In this document: positions 6,071-15,532 of the stretch, in pieces
How the letters are laid out: each line of letters opens with the position of its first letter
Numbering within the stretch: the stretch's first letter is position 1
Origin: a virus
Lineage: Duplodnaviria; Caudoviricetes
IMG/VR virus record: IMGVR_UViG_3300032330_000150
Location: 1-26,828 of that record
DNA: 26,828 bases
Direction: 5' to 3' (one strand)
Notes under the pieces: model-generated
What the model was told of the DNA's origin: nothing
The model's input: the letters and a program-made list of their open reading frames with translations, nothing else
The model's database searches: none
Translations under genes and position numbers: made by a program

Positions 6071-6515
6071 ATAAATCAGCTTCTGCCGTTCTTCTTTTTG
6101 TTAATCCAGCTAATACTTTGCCTCCTCCTTTATTCCATTTTAAAAACTCTTGTCGAATTGTAGCATCGTTAGGATTAGCATTAACTTTCTTTAATAGTGT
6201 TGAACTTTTAAGATTACTAACTCCACAATTATAAGCGAAAGAAACTAAAGCATCGAATTGTCCTTGAGTAATGTCATCTCGTGTATAACTATCAACTGAT
6301 TGCTCATAATGTTTAAGTACATGACTTAACATTGATGAAGCCTCAAATTCTGAAATTGGCTTATCAGTCATTTTAACTTTTCTACCATCTGGATAGTAAG
6401 TTAATCCGTAAGAAATTGTGGGAATGCCAGCTGGGCAAAGATATGGTTTAAGACTTAATCCTTCAAATGTCTTGATTAGGTTTAGTCCTTTTGCGCTTGA
6501 TTGGTTGATTTTCAT
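6060..6515 (-). CDS. Endolysin, GH24 phage lysozyme
   Basis: FEGLSLKPYLCPAGIPTISYG (E-x8-C-x5-T triad), QGQFDALVSFAYNCG, and WNKGGGKVLAGLTKRRTAE. Confidence 0.95.
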   Translation of the reverse strand: MKINQSSAKGLNLIKTFEGLSLKPYLCPAGIPTISYGLTYYPDGRKVKMTDKPISEFEASSMLSHVLKHYEQSVDSYTRDDITQGQFDALVSFAYNCGVSNLKSSTLLKKVNANPNDATIRQEFLKWNKGGGKVLAGLTKRRTAEADLYES

Positions 6516-6783
6516 CTAATCCGAGTTTGTGCTTTAAATCGCTATTCTCTGTGCGTAATGAATGTACTTCTTGCGTTAGCGCATCGACCTTGTCGCTCAA
6601 CTCTTTTACTTTGTCCGACATATCCTGTGCCATCTCTCGCCAAATTTTGATTGCTTCTTGTGTGTTAGTTATTTCAGTTCCTTGAACTTCTACGTTCTCC
6701 TTCTTTCTACCGAAAAACCATGTAACTAATGCTCCAAAAAAGGCTGTAAGAGATGGCACTAATATATCAGAAAAATTAAACAT
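6463..6783 (-). CDS. Putative holin (N-terminal TM plus cytoplasmic coiled coil)
   Basis: ILVPSLTAFFGALVTWFFG followed by RKK and heptad repeats; directly upstream of the lysozyme. Confidence 0.6.
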   Translation of the reverse strand: MFNFSDILVPSLTAFFGALVTWFFGRKKENVEVQGTEITNTQEAIKIWREMAQDMSDKVKELSDKVDALTQEVHSLRTENSDLKHKLGLDENQPIKRKRTKPNQDI

Positions 6784-6784
6784 A

Positions 6785-7057
6785 TTACAATGAACCTTCA
6801 GTTAAAACTTCTTCTTTTTTAGTTAAGCCTAAAGTGTCCAATGCCCAATCAATAATAATTGAATCATCAACTCCCCATTCAGCAACTACCGGTTCTGGAA
6901 TAATTAGATTGCCTTCCTCAATCATTTTATTGAATTGAGATTGTAAACAAAAGTAAAGCGTTTGTTCTGCTCCTTGTAGAACATAATTAACAACTTTAAT
7001 CTCGATGCGATCCGCAATCTCTCTTACTCCTTTTACTGGTTCAATGAATACAATCAT
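6785..7057 (-). CDS. Hypothetical acidic protein, possibly fibre-associated
   Basis: 90 aa with a ...WGVDDSIIIDWALDTLGL motif; follows the fibre genes. Confidence 0.65.
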   Translation of the reverse strand: MIVFIEPVKGVREIADRIEIKVVNYVLQGAEQTLYFCLQSQFNKMIEEGNLIIPEPVVAEWGVDDSIIIDWALDTLGLTKKEEVLTEGSL

Positions 7058-7058
7058 T

Positions 7059-7328
7059 TTAGTCTTGAATAAATGTTTCTAAAAGTTGAGCCTTTGCAAG
7101 TACAGTAAAGCTATCTGATTCTTTGACAAATGTCTTTAAGGTTTCTTGGTCTGATTTGTCTAAATCTAAAACCTCACCTTTAAATAATTTTTTTGCCCAA
7201 TCCCAAAACTTTAGTGCATCTCCTTTTGATGCTCCAGCTAATGCACTTGCTAATGTTTTTCCAGCGTTACCACCTTCAAACGCTACTTCATCTAACCCGA
7301 TAAAGTTAAAGTTAAAATCTAATTTCAT
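7059..7328 (-). CDS. Hypothetical protein, possible tail fibre assembly chaperone
   Basis: 89-aa helical ORF after the fibre genes; function inferred from position. Confidence 0.6.
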   Translation of the reverse strand: MKLDFNFNFIGLDEVAFEGGNAGKTLASALAGASKGDALKFWDWAKKLFKGEVLDLDKSDQETLKTFVKESDSFTVLAKAQLLETFIQD

Positions 7329-7368
7329 TTGGTTGTATTTAAGTTTAACAATAATAAATAGCTAATCT

Positions 7369-9483
7369 TTAAGAATTTATAAAATTACCTCCCGAATCTA
7401 CTGAAATTGTTAAGTTAATATCTCGTAAAAAAGGATCGTTGTATCTTGAATTTATTTTGATTCCAGTATTGGCAGAAGAATCAATATCGTTTCTATTTGT
7501 ACTAAATGCAATGCTTGTATTGTTATATAACAAAGTCAAATAAGTGTACATTCCAAAGTATTGCTCGCCTCCAATATCATAAATTAATGGATAGGATAGA
7601 GATACATATCCATTGTTTCTTGTTGGATTTAAATACCAAATACCAAATGAACCTAATGAATTTCCAATAGAAACTAAGTTAATAGTTGTAGGGCTTCCAA
7701 GATATACATGGCGATAGCGTAATTGCATATTCGTAGTAGTATTTGGAGTATTGGTAAAATTAAATGAATAATATTCCAAATAATTACTTGCCCAAGTTAT
7801 TGAAGTAGTACCTTGAGATTGATACGAACTATTTTTATAAAAATAATAGGTAGCATTTTGCAATGATGAAATCATTGTATTAGACGATGTAATTACTAAA
7901 CCACTTTGAGAACTATTATTTGCTCTAAAATAGTCAATATTCATCGGTAATTTAATACGAAAATAATATTGTCCAACAGGTACATTATTCACTTTATTGG
8001 TAATTTCCATTCTTTGTTGAAGCGCATTCCATGTAGCTTGGAAATAATTCGAATCCAATGAAACTTGTGCTTGATTGCCGGGATAAAATGATGGAATAAT
8101 ACAAGTTATCAATAATCCATCTGCTCCACTATTTCCATTAGTAATATTTAAGAAAGAAGAATAATAAGCATCATCTGTCGGAACTGCTACAATAGAAGCA
8201 TTAGGATTTTTCTCTTTTGAATTAAAACTATAATTTTCAGATAAAACTCCGAATGAATAAGTAGGTTCAGCAGTTACATCAAAATAAACATAATTAGATT
8301 CTGTATAATTATTTTGCATATTGCCTCCGCTTCCTGTCGCTTTAAATGAATAGCTTCCTACCGTATTAGTATAAATACTAAATATTAAAGTAGCTGAATA
8401 TCCATTTGCTAAAGATTGGCTTGTTGTAAAAGATACTATCTGACCATTTACGCTAATTGAATAAATATTAGGAACAGATATTACTCCATTGTAACTGATT
8501 CCAGCTGGCAATGCAATCTGAAAAGTTATGTTTCCATTTGTGGCAACTACTTGATTAGTTACTTGAAGCGTTACCGTTCCTGTTGATCCTTTATTTATAA
8601 CGCTAGGCGATTCAAATAAAGTAAGCTGAACAACTGGATATTGGTAAACACAAGAACCTTGAGTATTTGCTTGATTTTGCCCATTATAATCAAGCCAAGT
8701 TGAAGCTTGAGAATAACTCATTTGATAAGCATTTGAATCAGCATCCGCTTGACTTATATAACTTGTATAGGTATTCGTATAATATGGCGAATAAATTTGC
8801 TCATAGGTACCGGTACCATAACCTCCACAATTATTCTTTTGATAGGTTCTATCTAATCTAAGTGTTTGAGTTGATGTCCAAGTCTGAGTTATTACCGAAG
8901 TTGTAGTTGTATTTGAGTATCGAACTACTGAATCGCCACCACCAGTAACCGAAGCATAGTTATTATATGTCGCATTGTAAACCGTTTTAACTACAATCGT
9001 TACTTGAGTAGATTGACCAATTCCTAAAGTACCATTGAACTGCAAAGCAACAACATTATTCGCCACGCTACCACTCCAATTCGTACCACTTACTGATTGG
9101 TAAACTAAATTAGTTTGTAGTGTATCCGTTACATAAATAATACCACTTGTTGAAGCTTGACCATTGTTGGTAATGGTAATAATAAAGTTAAAATTCTGGT
9201 TGTTATATGCTTGTGATGGTGCTGATTTACTGATTGTCAAGAATGGCTTTGAAACATTGCAGATTTGGCAATACTTGTACCATTCCGTTGGAAATACCGT
9301 TGGTAAAGTACCATCTGGTTTAAACTCCGAAAACTGATTTAATGGAATAGTCTGCCCTTGAGCATTTTGTAATTGCCCAAGTTCGGCAGCCGTAATAGAA
9401 ATAGGGGGATTCGTTAATGATTCCCCCGTTATTTCATTGTAAACATCTGCAAAGGACATTTGTCCCGAAGCTTGTAAAGCCAT
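7369..9483 (-). CDS. Virion adhesin-like protein with DUF11-type Ig-like domains and a DUF5977-like domain
   Basis: N-terminal MALQASGQMSFADVYNE motif; LTISKSA...FIITITNNGQAST..IYVTDTL (DUF11-like); YQKNNCG...YTSYISQADAD...GQNQANTQGSC (DUF5977-like); a second Ig-like repeat follows. Confidence 0.65.
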   Translation of the reverse strand: MALQASGQMSFADVYNEITGESLTNPPISITAAELGQLQNAQGQTIPLNQFSEFKPDGTLPTVFPTEWYKYCQICNVSKPFLTISKSAPSQAYNNQNFNFIITITNNGQASTSGIIYVTDTLQTNLVYQSVSGTNWSGSVANNVVALQFNGTLGIGQSTQVTIVVKTVYNATYNNYASVTGGGDSVVRYSNTTTTSVITQTWTSTQTLRLDRTYQKNNCGGYGTGTYEQIYSPYYTNTYTSYISQADADSNAYQMSYSQASTWLDYNGQNQANTQGSCVYQYPVVQLTLFESPSVINKGSTGTVTLQVTNQVVATNGNITFQIALPAGISYNGVISVPNIYSISVNGQIVSFTTSQSLANGYSATLIFSIYTNTVGSYSFKATGSGGNMQNNYTESNYVYFDVTAEPTYSFGVLSENYSFNSKEKNPNASIVAVPTDDAYYSSFLNITNGNSGADGLLITCIIPSFYPGNQAQVSLDSNYFQATWNALQQRMEITNKVNNVPVGQYYFRIKLPMNIDYFRANNSSQSGLVITSSNTMISSLQNATYYFYKNSSYQSQGTTSITWASNYLEYYSFNFTNTPNTTTNMQLRYRHVYLGSPTTINLVSIGNSLGSFGIWYLNPTRNNGYVSLSYPLIYDIGGEQYFGMYTYLTLLYNNTSIAFSTNRNDIDSSANTGIKINSRYNDPFLRDINLTISVDSGGNFINS

Positions 9484-11148
9484 TTATTTATTCAATAATG
9501 CTTTTAACTCGTTGATTTGTGTTTGTTGCTCTTTGATAGCCTCAATTAGTAAAGCCGATATATTACCATATTCAACTCCAAGAATGCCATCGTTTCCTTT
9601 GTTTACAATTTCTGGTAATACTCCTTGAATCTCTTGAGCAATTACCCCAGCGTGTCGCTTAGAATCATCTTCTTTGAACTCGTATGTATATCCGTTGATT
9701 TGCTCTACTTTTTCAAGCGCATTCTCAATCTTTAATAGATTCTTTTTTAAGATAATATCAGAGTTTGCTGTGATTGTTCCTGTTGCTCTTATTGCACCAC
9801 TAACATAAAGCTTTTCTCCATTATCTGTTAAAGTACCAATTAAAAAATTTCCACCATATGGAAGAGATGCAAATCCTTTATATGATGAACCAGCAGAATT
9901 TCTTCCTTCAAATACGAATAAATTACTATAATTATAAAAATAATAACCAGCATCTCCACTTGTATCGTAAAAATGTGAAATCACATTCCCAGCAGTTGAT
10001 TGATAAACTTGAAATTTTGAATTAAATATAGTCCCTGTTGTTCCGATTGCAACTCTACCATCTGAAAGAATTCGCATCCTTTCCCCAGAACCAGAATCGT
10101 TTCTTGTATTAAAAACTAAATGACCACCTAAATCTGAAGCAACAAGCATTCCAATGGTTGCTCTTGGCTGCATACTTGCAGTAGAATTAAATGCGCTAAA
10201 CATAATTGAAGCATCGTTTCCTACTGCATAAGTGCTTCGAGTATTTACAATATTTAAAGCACCATGATTTAAATCAGCTTGGTTAGTATCATTTTCAATT
10301 CTGACAACTCCCCAAATATTTGTACTCCCAGTTATTGCTAATTTTTCATTACTTACTGCTGAAGTTTTATTTATTCCAATAAAAGTACCTGTATCATAAA
10401 TTAAACCATTTCCTAATGCACTTGATGAAGTCCATTTTGCATGGTATCCACTTGTTCCTGTACCAGTTACTGGATTTGTTAATACTGCTTGATATTGAGG
10501 AATATTTAAAGTACCAGCTGAAAAAGTTGCTGCACCCGAAGTTCCTGTAGTTGTTAAGGTAATTGTACTTTGTTTTCCATTAAATGTATTCCAATCAGTA
10601 GAACTTAAATACCCATTTGTAGATGTATTTGCTTGACTTATACTTATCGCTCCGGTAGTTGAATTATAACCAATTGGCGCAGTTCCACTAAGTGATGCTC
10701 TTGCTAAAGCATCTGTATATTGAGTAATAGTTGTAGCAATAACTCCAGTTCCACTATTATAAGTAATTCCAGTACCAGCACTTAAAAAAGTAGCAGTAAT
10801 ACCACCAAGTCCAGCAAGCGTATATGTTGGAACATTTAAAACACCAGTTGAAGATGAATAAGTTGATGCTCCACTCGATCCTGTAGTTGTTAAGCTAATC
10901 GCACCTCTTGCTCTTGTATTAGTAAAGTATAAGTTTGTAGGACTAACTGCTTCGGCAACATCATCCGTATTTAATACTACCGTTCCAACTTTACCATTAA
11001 CTGATACAACTGCACCACCAATCGCAGCTTGAAGTTCTGCAATAGTTTTCTTATAAAGCGTACCTGTTGTAGCATCGCCAATCGGAAATAAATCCGTTGA
11101 TAATACTGAACTCTTGCTCGCAAGTTGCGTTATTTTTTTATTCGCCAT
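9484..11148 (-). CDS. Tail fibre/spike with C-terminal intramolecular chaperone (peptidase S74)
   Basis: T/G/S-rich shaft, VVSVNGKVGTVVL motif, and C-terminal SDIILKKN...GVIAQE...LPEIV...Y..I..LLIEAIKE plus coiled coil. Confidence 0.85.
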   Translation of the reverse strand: MANKKITQLASKSSVLSTDLFPIGDATTGTLYKKTIAELQAAIGGAVVSVNGKVGTVVLNTDDVAEAVSPTNLYFTNTRARGAISLTTTGSSGASTYSSSTGVLNVPTYTLAGLGGITATFLSAGTGITYNSGTGVIATTITQYTDALARASLSGTAPIGYNSTTGAISISQANTSTNGYLSSTDWNTFNGKQSTITLTTTGTSGAATFSAGTLNIPQYQAVLTNPVTGTGTSGYHAKWTSSSALGNGLIYDTGTFIGINKTSAVSNEKLAITGSTNIWGVVRIENDTNQADLNHGALNIVNTRSTYAVGNDASIMFSAFNSTASMQPRATIGMLVASDLGGHLVFNTRNDSGSGERMRILSDGRVAIGTTGTIFNSKFQVYQSTAGNVISHFYDTSGDAGYYFYNYSNLFVFEGRNSAGSSYKGFASLPYGGNFLIGTLTDNGEKLYVSGAIRATGTITANSDIILKKNLLKIENALEKVEQINGYTYEFKEDDSKRHAGVIAQEIQGVLPEIVNKGNDGILGVEYGNISALLIEAIKEQQTQINELKALLNK

Positions 11149-11153
11149 TCTTT

Positions 11154-11480
11154 TTAGTTATTAGATGCCCAAGGCAAAGGAAGTACAATTACTGGAGGAT
11201 TTATTAAAGTATCTAATTTTGTATTTAATTCTTCATCTATTGCTTCCATATCAAGTCCAGATTCTAGCCAAGCTTCTACATCTGCTTGAGTTAAATCAGC
11301 ATAAGCAGTAAAGTCTATTTCGCTTGGTGATGGGCATCCCATAATGCCATAAGTTTCGGCAATGTATGTGCCATCCGTTATGCTTCTTCGCCAGTGAACT
11401 ACTGAAACTACATCCGTTAATCCATCTATTGATGGGATTGTATCCATTGCACTAATAATCCAAGAGTATATTAAAGCCAT
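11154..11480 (-). CDS. Small acidic fibre-associated phage protein
   Basis: YSWII..MD....DGLTDVV..VHW...FTAYADLTQADVEAWL...LPW pattern; sits between two fibre genes. Confidence 0.65.
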   Translation of the reverse strand: MALIYSWIISAMDTIPSIDGLTDVVSVVHWRRSITDGTYIAETYGIMGCPSPSEIDFTAYADLTQADVEAWLESGLDMEAIDEELNTKLDTLINPPVIVLPLPWASNN

Positions 11481-11489
11481 TTTATTTAA

Positions 11490-14400
11490 TTAAATAGAAG
11501 TTATCGTTTGCCAAGTAGTTGAAAATACGCATAATTTACCAAGTGTAGAATCAAATACAACTAATCCTGTCGCTGGTGATGATATTGCATTCTTCTGAGT
11601 AGTTGTCATTACAGGAGGCAAAAAGCCTTTTGTCGTAGAACTCATTGACAATAATGCTGATGCAGTAGTCGAGGTTGTACCTAAAAGTAAATTCCCGTAA
11701 ATAGCCGTAGTAACAGTTGATGAGTTACCTAATACAGTAGTGTTTGAGCCTAAGCCTGTGGAATTTATTCCTATTACTATTGAATTATCATTACCTTGAG
11801 AAAGTGGTTTTGTACTAGCACCAATTAAAATACCATTAGTGAATGATGTTGTCTGAGTTATTCCATCAGCAATAAATCTTCCTGCTTGGTTTCCTAATGT
11901 AGTATTTGACCCACCCGTTGTTATACCAGATAATGATTGAAATCCGACTATGACATTACTACTTGTAGCAGTATTAGTACTATATGTTTGATTACCAATT
12001 ATTATGTTTTGTGTTCCTGTTGTATTAGCTAAAAAAGTATTTACTCCAATAGCAATATTATTAGTAGCAGTTGAATTACCAGAACCTGCACTTGCACCTA
12101 TAAAAGTGTTGCTACCTCCAGTTGTATTATTTTGTCCTGCACCTGCACCTAAAAATGTATTAGTATTACCTATTGATGTATTCTGACCTGCTGCTTGCCC
12201 AACAAATGTATTTGCTTGCCCAGTTGTATTAGATTGTCCTGCTTGATATGAAATGAATGTATTATTTTGCCCTGTTGTATTTCTTCTACCTGCGTTTTGT
12301 CCAATAAATGTATTACTAATAATACTGCTTGCCCTTATTCCTATACTTTCTGTACCTGCACTATTTGCAAATATTGATGAAGCAGAACTTGTTCCAATAG
12401 ATTTAATACTCAATACAACCGTTCCATCAAAATCAGTTGTTGGAGTTATTGTAAGAACTGCCGTAGATGATGATAAAGGTCCAGTTGCTCCTGTTGCCGT
12501 TGTACTTGTAGAAGTACCTCCAAAATCAATTTGAATTGAACCAGCCGTTCTACCTGTAATGGTATAGGTAATCTGATAATATGTTCCACTAACCGCAGCT
12601 AATGATGTAGTCAAAGGAACTATTGAACCTACCGTATGCGTATAACCACCAACGTTTAAGTTAGTTCCTGCTAAAGTCCAGTTAGTACCTGTTCCAGTAA
12701 CCGCAGCTAATTCTGCTCCTAAAGGTGCAGTATCTGAAGCAGTAGTTCCTGTGAAACGAGTTAATCCAAATACATCTAAACGGTATCCAGCGTCGGTAAA
12801 GGTTCCTCCGTTTTGGAGAATAAAGTTTCCAGTAGTACCTTTAAATTGAGCCATTAAAATACTACTATTATTAAATGACATATCTGAACCTACTCCACAA
12901 CGCAAATCTAATCTAGTAATACCTCTAAATGTTTGCCCCCAAACTGTAAGAAATTCACTTGTAAATGTTCCTAAATTATAAACATCATTAAAAGTAGGAA
13001 TTATATCTCCTTTTACTCTTAATCCAATATTACTAACACCTGTAAACGCACCATTCGTAAAAGTTGGATTAATATCCAACCCTACTAATACATCACTATT
13101 CGCTGAAGCTACTAATGTTGGAGTATAATTTACACCTCTTGCTATTGCTGAAGAAGCAGTAATTGAACCTGTAACGTTAAACAATCCTGTACCAGCAGTT
13201 CCGTTAATCGTTACGTTTGTACCATTGTCATAGATTAAGCTATTACCTATCGCTGATGTTCCTGTGAACTTTGGAACATAGTTTATTGTGCCTGTACCTG
13301 TAATAGGATTTGTTAATGCAGCTTGCTTTCCGTTAAATGTATTCCAATCGGTACTACTTAAATAACCGTTAGTTGTTGTTGTAGCTTGCGCAATGCCTAT
13401 TGCTCCTGTTGTATTATTGTAAGTAATAGGAGCAGTTCCACTTAAAGCAGTTAAACCGATACCACCTAAATTAGTTAAAGCCCCACTTGCAGTTGATGCC
13501 CCAGTTCCTCCTCTATTAATTGCAACTACATTTCCATTCCAAGTAGCCGAAGTAATTGAACCTGCGTAATCGAATGTATTTGTACTCCAACTTACGTTAG
13601 AAGGTGCTTGAAAATGTCTATCCCAAGTACCAGCAGCACTTGTATTATCAAGTAATTCTACTTGAGCATAGCCACCACTTGGCACTGATACTACTAATGT
13701 ATTACTATTATTATTAATTGTAATAGCACCACTACTTTGGTTATTATTAAAGATGTAAACTGCTCCATTGGGAATAGTAGTAGCATTTGGCAATTTAAAT
13801 GTTTGTCCTCCAGAACCATTAACTAAATAAGAAGAAACGGAATCAATTGTTAAAACTATTTGAGTACCAGATGCAGTAATAGACGAAAAACCATCAAATA
13901 TATTATTGACTATTAAATTCTTAGAGCCTAAATTTAAATTTTGTGATGCTCCTGTATATGGAACATAATTAGATAACGCAGATGAAGTAATAAATCCAGA
14001 AGGATTACTAGTATCATACTTAGCGTTTAAAGCCGTTTGAGTTGCTGAACTAATTGGCTTATTAACATCACTTGTATTATCAATGTTGCCTAAACCTACC
14101 ATTGATTTAGTAATTCCACTAACCGTTCCGGTAAATGTTGGAGATGCTAATGGTGCTTTTGTATTTAAAGCATTTTGTAAATCAGTTTGATTTGTAATGT
14201 TACCGGTAATTGATCCCCAACTTGTAGAAGTTGTAGGAGAAATTTCAATATATGCGCTATCTACAAAACGATACAATTTATTCGTATCATTCGTTACATA
14301 GATTTTACCAACTTCTCCAATCGTTGGAAAGTCTGCATAAGTAGGATAATCTAAAAGGAATTTAATATAATTAATTGAGCCACCACTTGCGCCACTTCCA

Positions 14401-14867
14401 CTTCCAATCCATTCGGGATAAGTATAATCATCTGGGATTTGACATCTATCAGTAAGCATTGGATAGTTAATAGTAATATCAAGCTTTACTCCCGATAAAT
14501 AATCCTTTTCGTTTTCAGTAAAAAATTCGATGCTAACATCTTCATCAAGTTTCCAATCAAACTTTGGATAACGCATCATTGAAAAGATGTCTTGACCGAT
14601 TAATAATTGGTCTGAAAGTACATCCGTTTCATTTGATTCATCTTGTAATTGACGATCTAAAAAGAATAGGCTAAAATCCATTGCCAAATTCTTTCCAGAA
14701 ATTTGAGAACCAGTCAATGAATAGAACATTGCTGGATAAGTATTATCAGTTTGAGCAAGAAATTCCCAAACATCTCCAAAATAAACAGTATTTATTTGGT
14801 CATGGCTTAATGCTATGTCCCGAATTAATTTGACCGTTTGGTTTAATGTTAGTTGTTGTACTGCCAT
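11490..14867 (-). CDS. Long fibre protein with an N-terminal tail-terminator/neck-like domain
   Basis: First approx. 150 aa are acidic and globular, ending in DRCQIP, followed by a GSGSGASGGS linker, fibre modules (WGSITG..QTDL, ASPTFTG, VGLGNIDNTSD, GYLSSTDWNTFN) and 14-aa beta-roll repeats. Confidence 0.75.
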   Translation of the reverse strand: MAVQQLTLNQTVKLIRDIALSHDQINTVYFGDVWEFLAQTDNTYPAMFYSLTGSQISGKNLAMDFSLFFLDRQLQDESNETDVLSDQLLIGQDIFSMMRYPKFDWKLDEDVSIEFFTENEKDYLSGVKLDITINYPMLTDRCQIPDDYTYPEWIGSGSGASGGSINYIKFLLDYPTYADFPTIGEVGKIYVTNDTNKLYRFVDSAYIEISPTTSTSWGSITGNITNQTDLQNALNTKAPLASPTFTGTVSGITKSMVGLGNIDNTSDVNKPISSATQTALNAKYDTSNPSGFITSSALSNYVPYTGASQNLNLGSKNLIVNNIFDGFSSITASGTQIVLTIDSVSSYLVNGSGGQTFKLPNATTIPNGAVYIFNNNQSSGAITINNNSNTLVVSVPSGGYAQVELLDNTSAAGTWDRHFQAPSNVSWSTNTFDYAGSITSATWNGNVVAINRGGTGASTASGALTNLGGIGLTALSGTAPITYNNTTGAIGIAQATTTTNGYLSSTDWNTFNGKQAALTNPITGTGTINYVPKFTGTSAIGNSLIYDNGTNVTINGTAGTGLFNVTGSITASSAIARGVNYTPTLVASANSDVLVGLDINPTFTNGAFTGVSNIGLRVKGDIIPTFNDVYNLGTFTSEFLTVWGQTFRGITRLDLRCGVGSDMSFNNSSILMAQFKGTTGNFILQNGGTFTDAGYRLDVFGLTRFTGTTASDTAPLGAELAAVTGTGTNWTLAGTNLNVGGYTHTVGSIVPLTTSLAAVSGTYYQITYTITGRTAGSIQIDFGGTSTSTTATGATGPLSSSTAVLTITPTTDFDGTVVLSIKSIGTSSASSIFANSAGTESIGIRASSIISNTFIGQNAGRRNTTGQNNTFISYQAGQSNTTGQANTFVGQAAGQNTSIGNTNTFLGAGAGQNNTTGGSNTFIGASAGSGNSTATNNIAIGVNTFLANTTGTQNIIIGNQTYSTNTATSSNVIVGFQSLSGITTGGSNTTLGNQAGRFIADGITQTTSFTNGILIGASTKPLSQGNDNSIVIGINSTGLGSNTTVLGNSSTVTTAIYGNLLLGTTSTTASALLSMSSTTKGFLPPVMTTTQKNAISSPATGLVVFDSTLGKLCVFSTTWQTITSI
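11875..12314 (-). repeat. Tandem 14-aa (42-bp) coding repeats NTF(I/V/L)GxxAGxxNTTG
   Basis: About 10 degenerate copies visible in the translation, resembling YadA-head-like beta-roll repeats. Confidence 0.8.
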
Positions 14868-14928
14868 TTTGTTTTGATAAATAAACCTTTAGTTTATTGA
14901 TGTTTTTAATTGAGTATGCTTTAGGCAT
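14800..14928 (-). CDS. Small basic peptide, 42 aa (not in ORF track)
   Basis: MPKAYSIKNINKLKVYLSKQNG...; ATG 4 nt after the adaptor stop; fills the intergenic gap and overlaps the next gene. Confidence 0.45.
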   Translation of the reverse strand: MPKAYSIKNINKLKVYLSKQNGSTTTNIKPNGQINSGHSIKP

Positions 14929-14932
14929 ATTA

Positions 14933-15529
14933 TTAACAAGTTAAACAAATACCAAATGCTCCTTGATATTTTTCTTCGAAACTTAAAGGTCTATCGGGAT
15001 TATAAGTATAATCTCCACCAAGCCACATTGAAGCTGAATAAGAATCTCTATCTGGTCGAATCTTATCTACACCAATACCAAAGTTTAAATATTGCGGATA
15101 TTTTCCTTGTGCAGCGTTTTGACGCAAGTATTTAATCGTTCTTTGGCGATAAAATTCTGCTCTTGACCGATACCGATTAGCCACATCAATCAATTCTTGC
15201 ATATCGGGATTAATCGTATTATCACTTGACTTGCGAACTAATCCTTTATTGTAAAATTGGAAGCTTAAACCTACCGGTAACTCTGACAATACAAAGTAAA
15301 CTAAAGTTGTTGTAATGAAATCATCTAATAAAGTAACCTCATCAGCGTTTAAATCATTGGCAACAATACCAGCTTGAAGTCTTTCGTAAAGATTTGTTCC
15401 AAGCAAAGGCAAAATATACATATCTTGAGCAGTTGCGATTTCGGGCATTATCAATTTATCATCAATATTTGCATGAAGTCCAGTTCTCTCCTTGATTGTA
15501 TTAACCGAAATAAATAAAGTATTCTTCAT
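14933..15529 (-). CDS. Putative head-tail adaptor/connector
   Basis: 198 aa directly after the portal; LFIS...IK..T.L..NID..LI.P.I..AQD.YI.PLLGT.LY pattern typical of adaptor proteins. Confidence 0.65.
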   Translation of the reverse strand: MKNTLFISVNTIKERTGLHANIDDKLIMPEIATAQDMYILPLLGTNLYERLQAGIVANDLNADEVTLLDDFITTTLVYFVLSELPVGLSFQFYNKGLVRKSSDNTINPDMQELIDVANRYRSRAEFYRQRTIKYLRQNAAQGKYPQYLNFGIGVDKIRPDRDSYSASMWLGGDYTYNPDRPLSFEEKYQGAFGICLTC

Positions 15530-15532
15530 CTC

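Noticed and set aside
9745-9762. Inactivated S74 autocleavage site (SDIILK instead of SDxRLK)
   Set aside because: The catalytic Ser and Lys(+5) are retained, so there is no basis to call it inactive.
11875-12314. 42-bp periodicity as a possible CRISPR array
   Set aside because: Degenerate in-frame coding repeats with no invariant repeat and unique spacer structure, and no cas genes.
7369-14867. Diversity-generating retroelement or invertible tail-fibre cassette
   Set aside because: No reverse transcriptase or invertase in the window. The repeats between fibres differ at all base types, not only adenines, and are in direct orientation.
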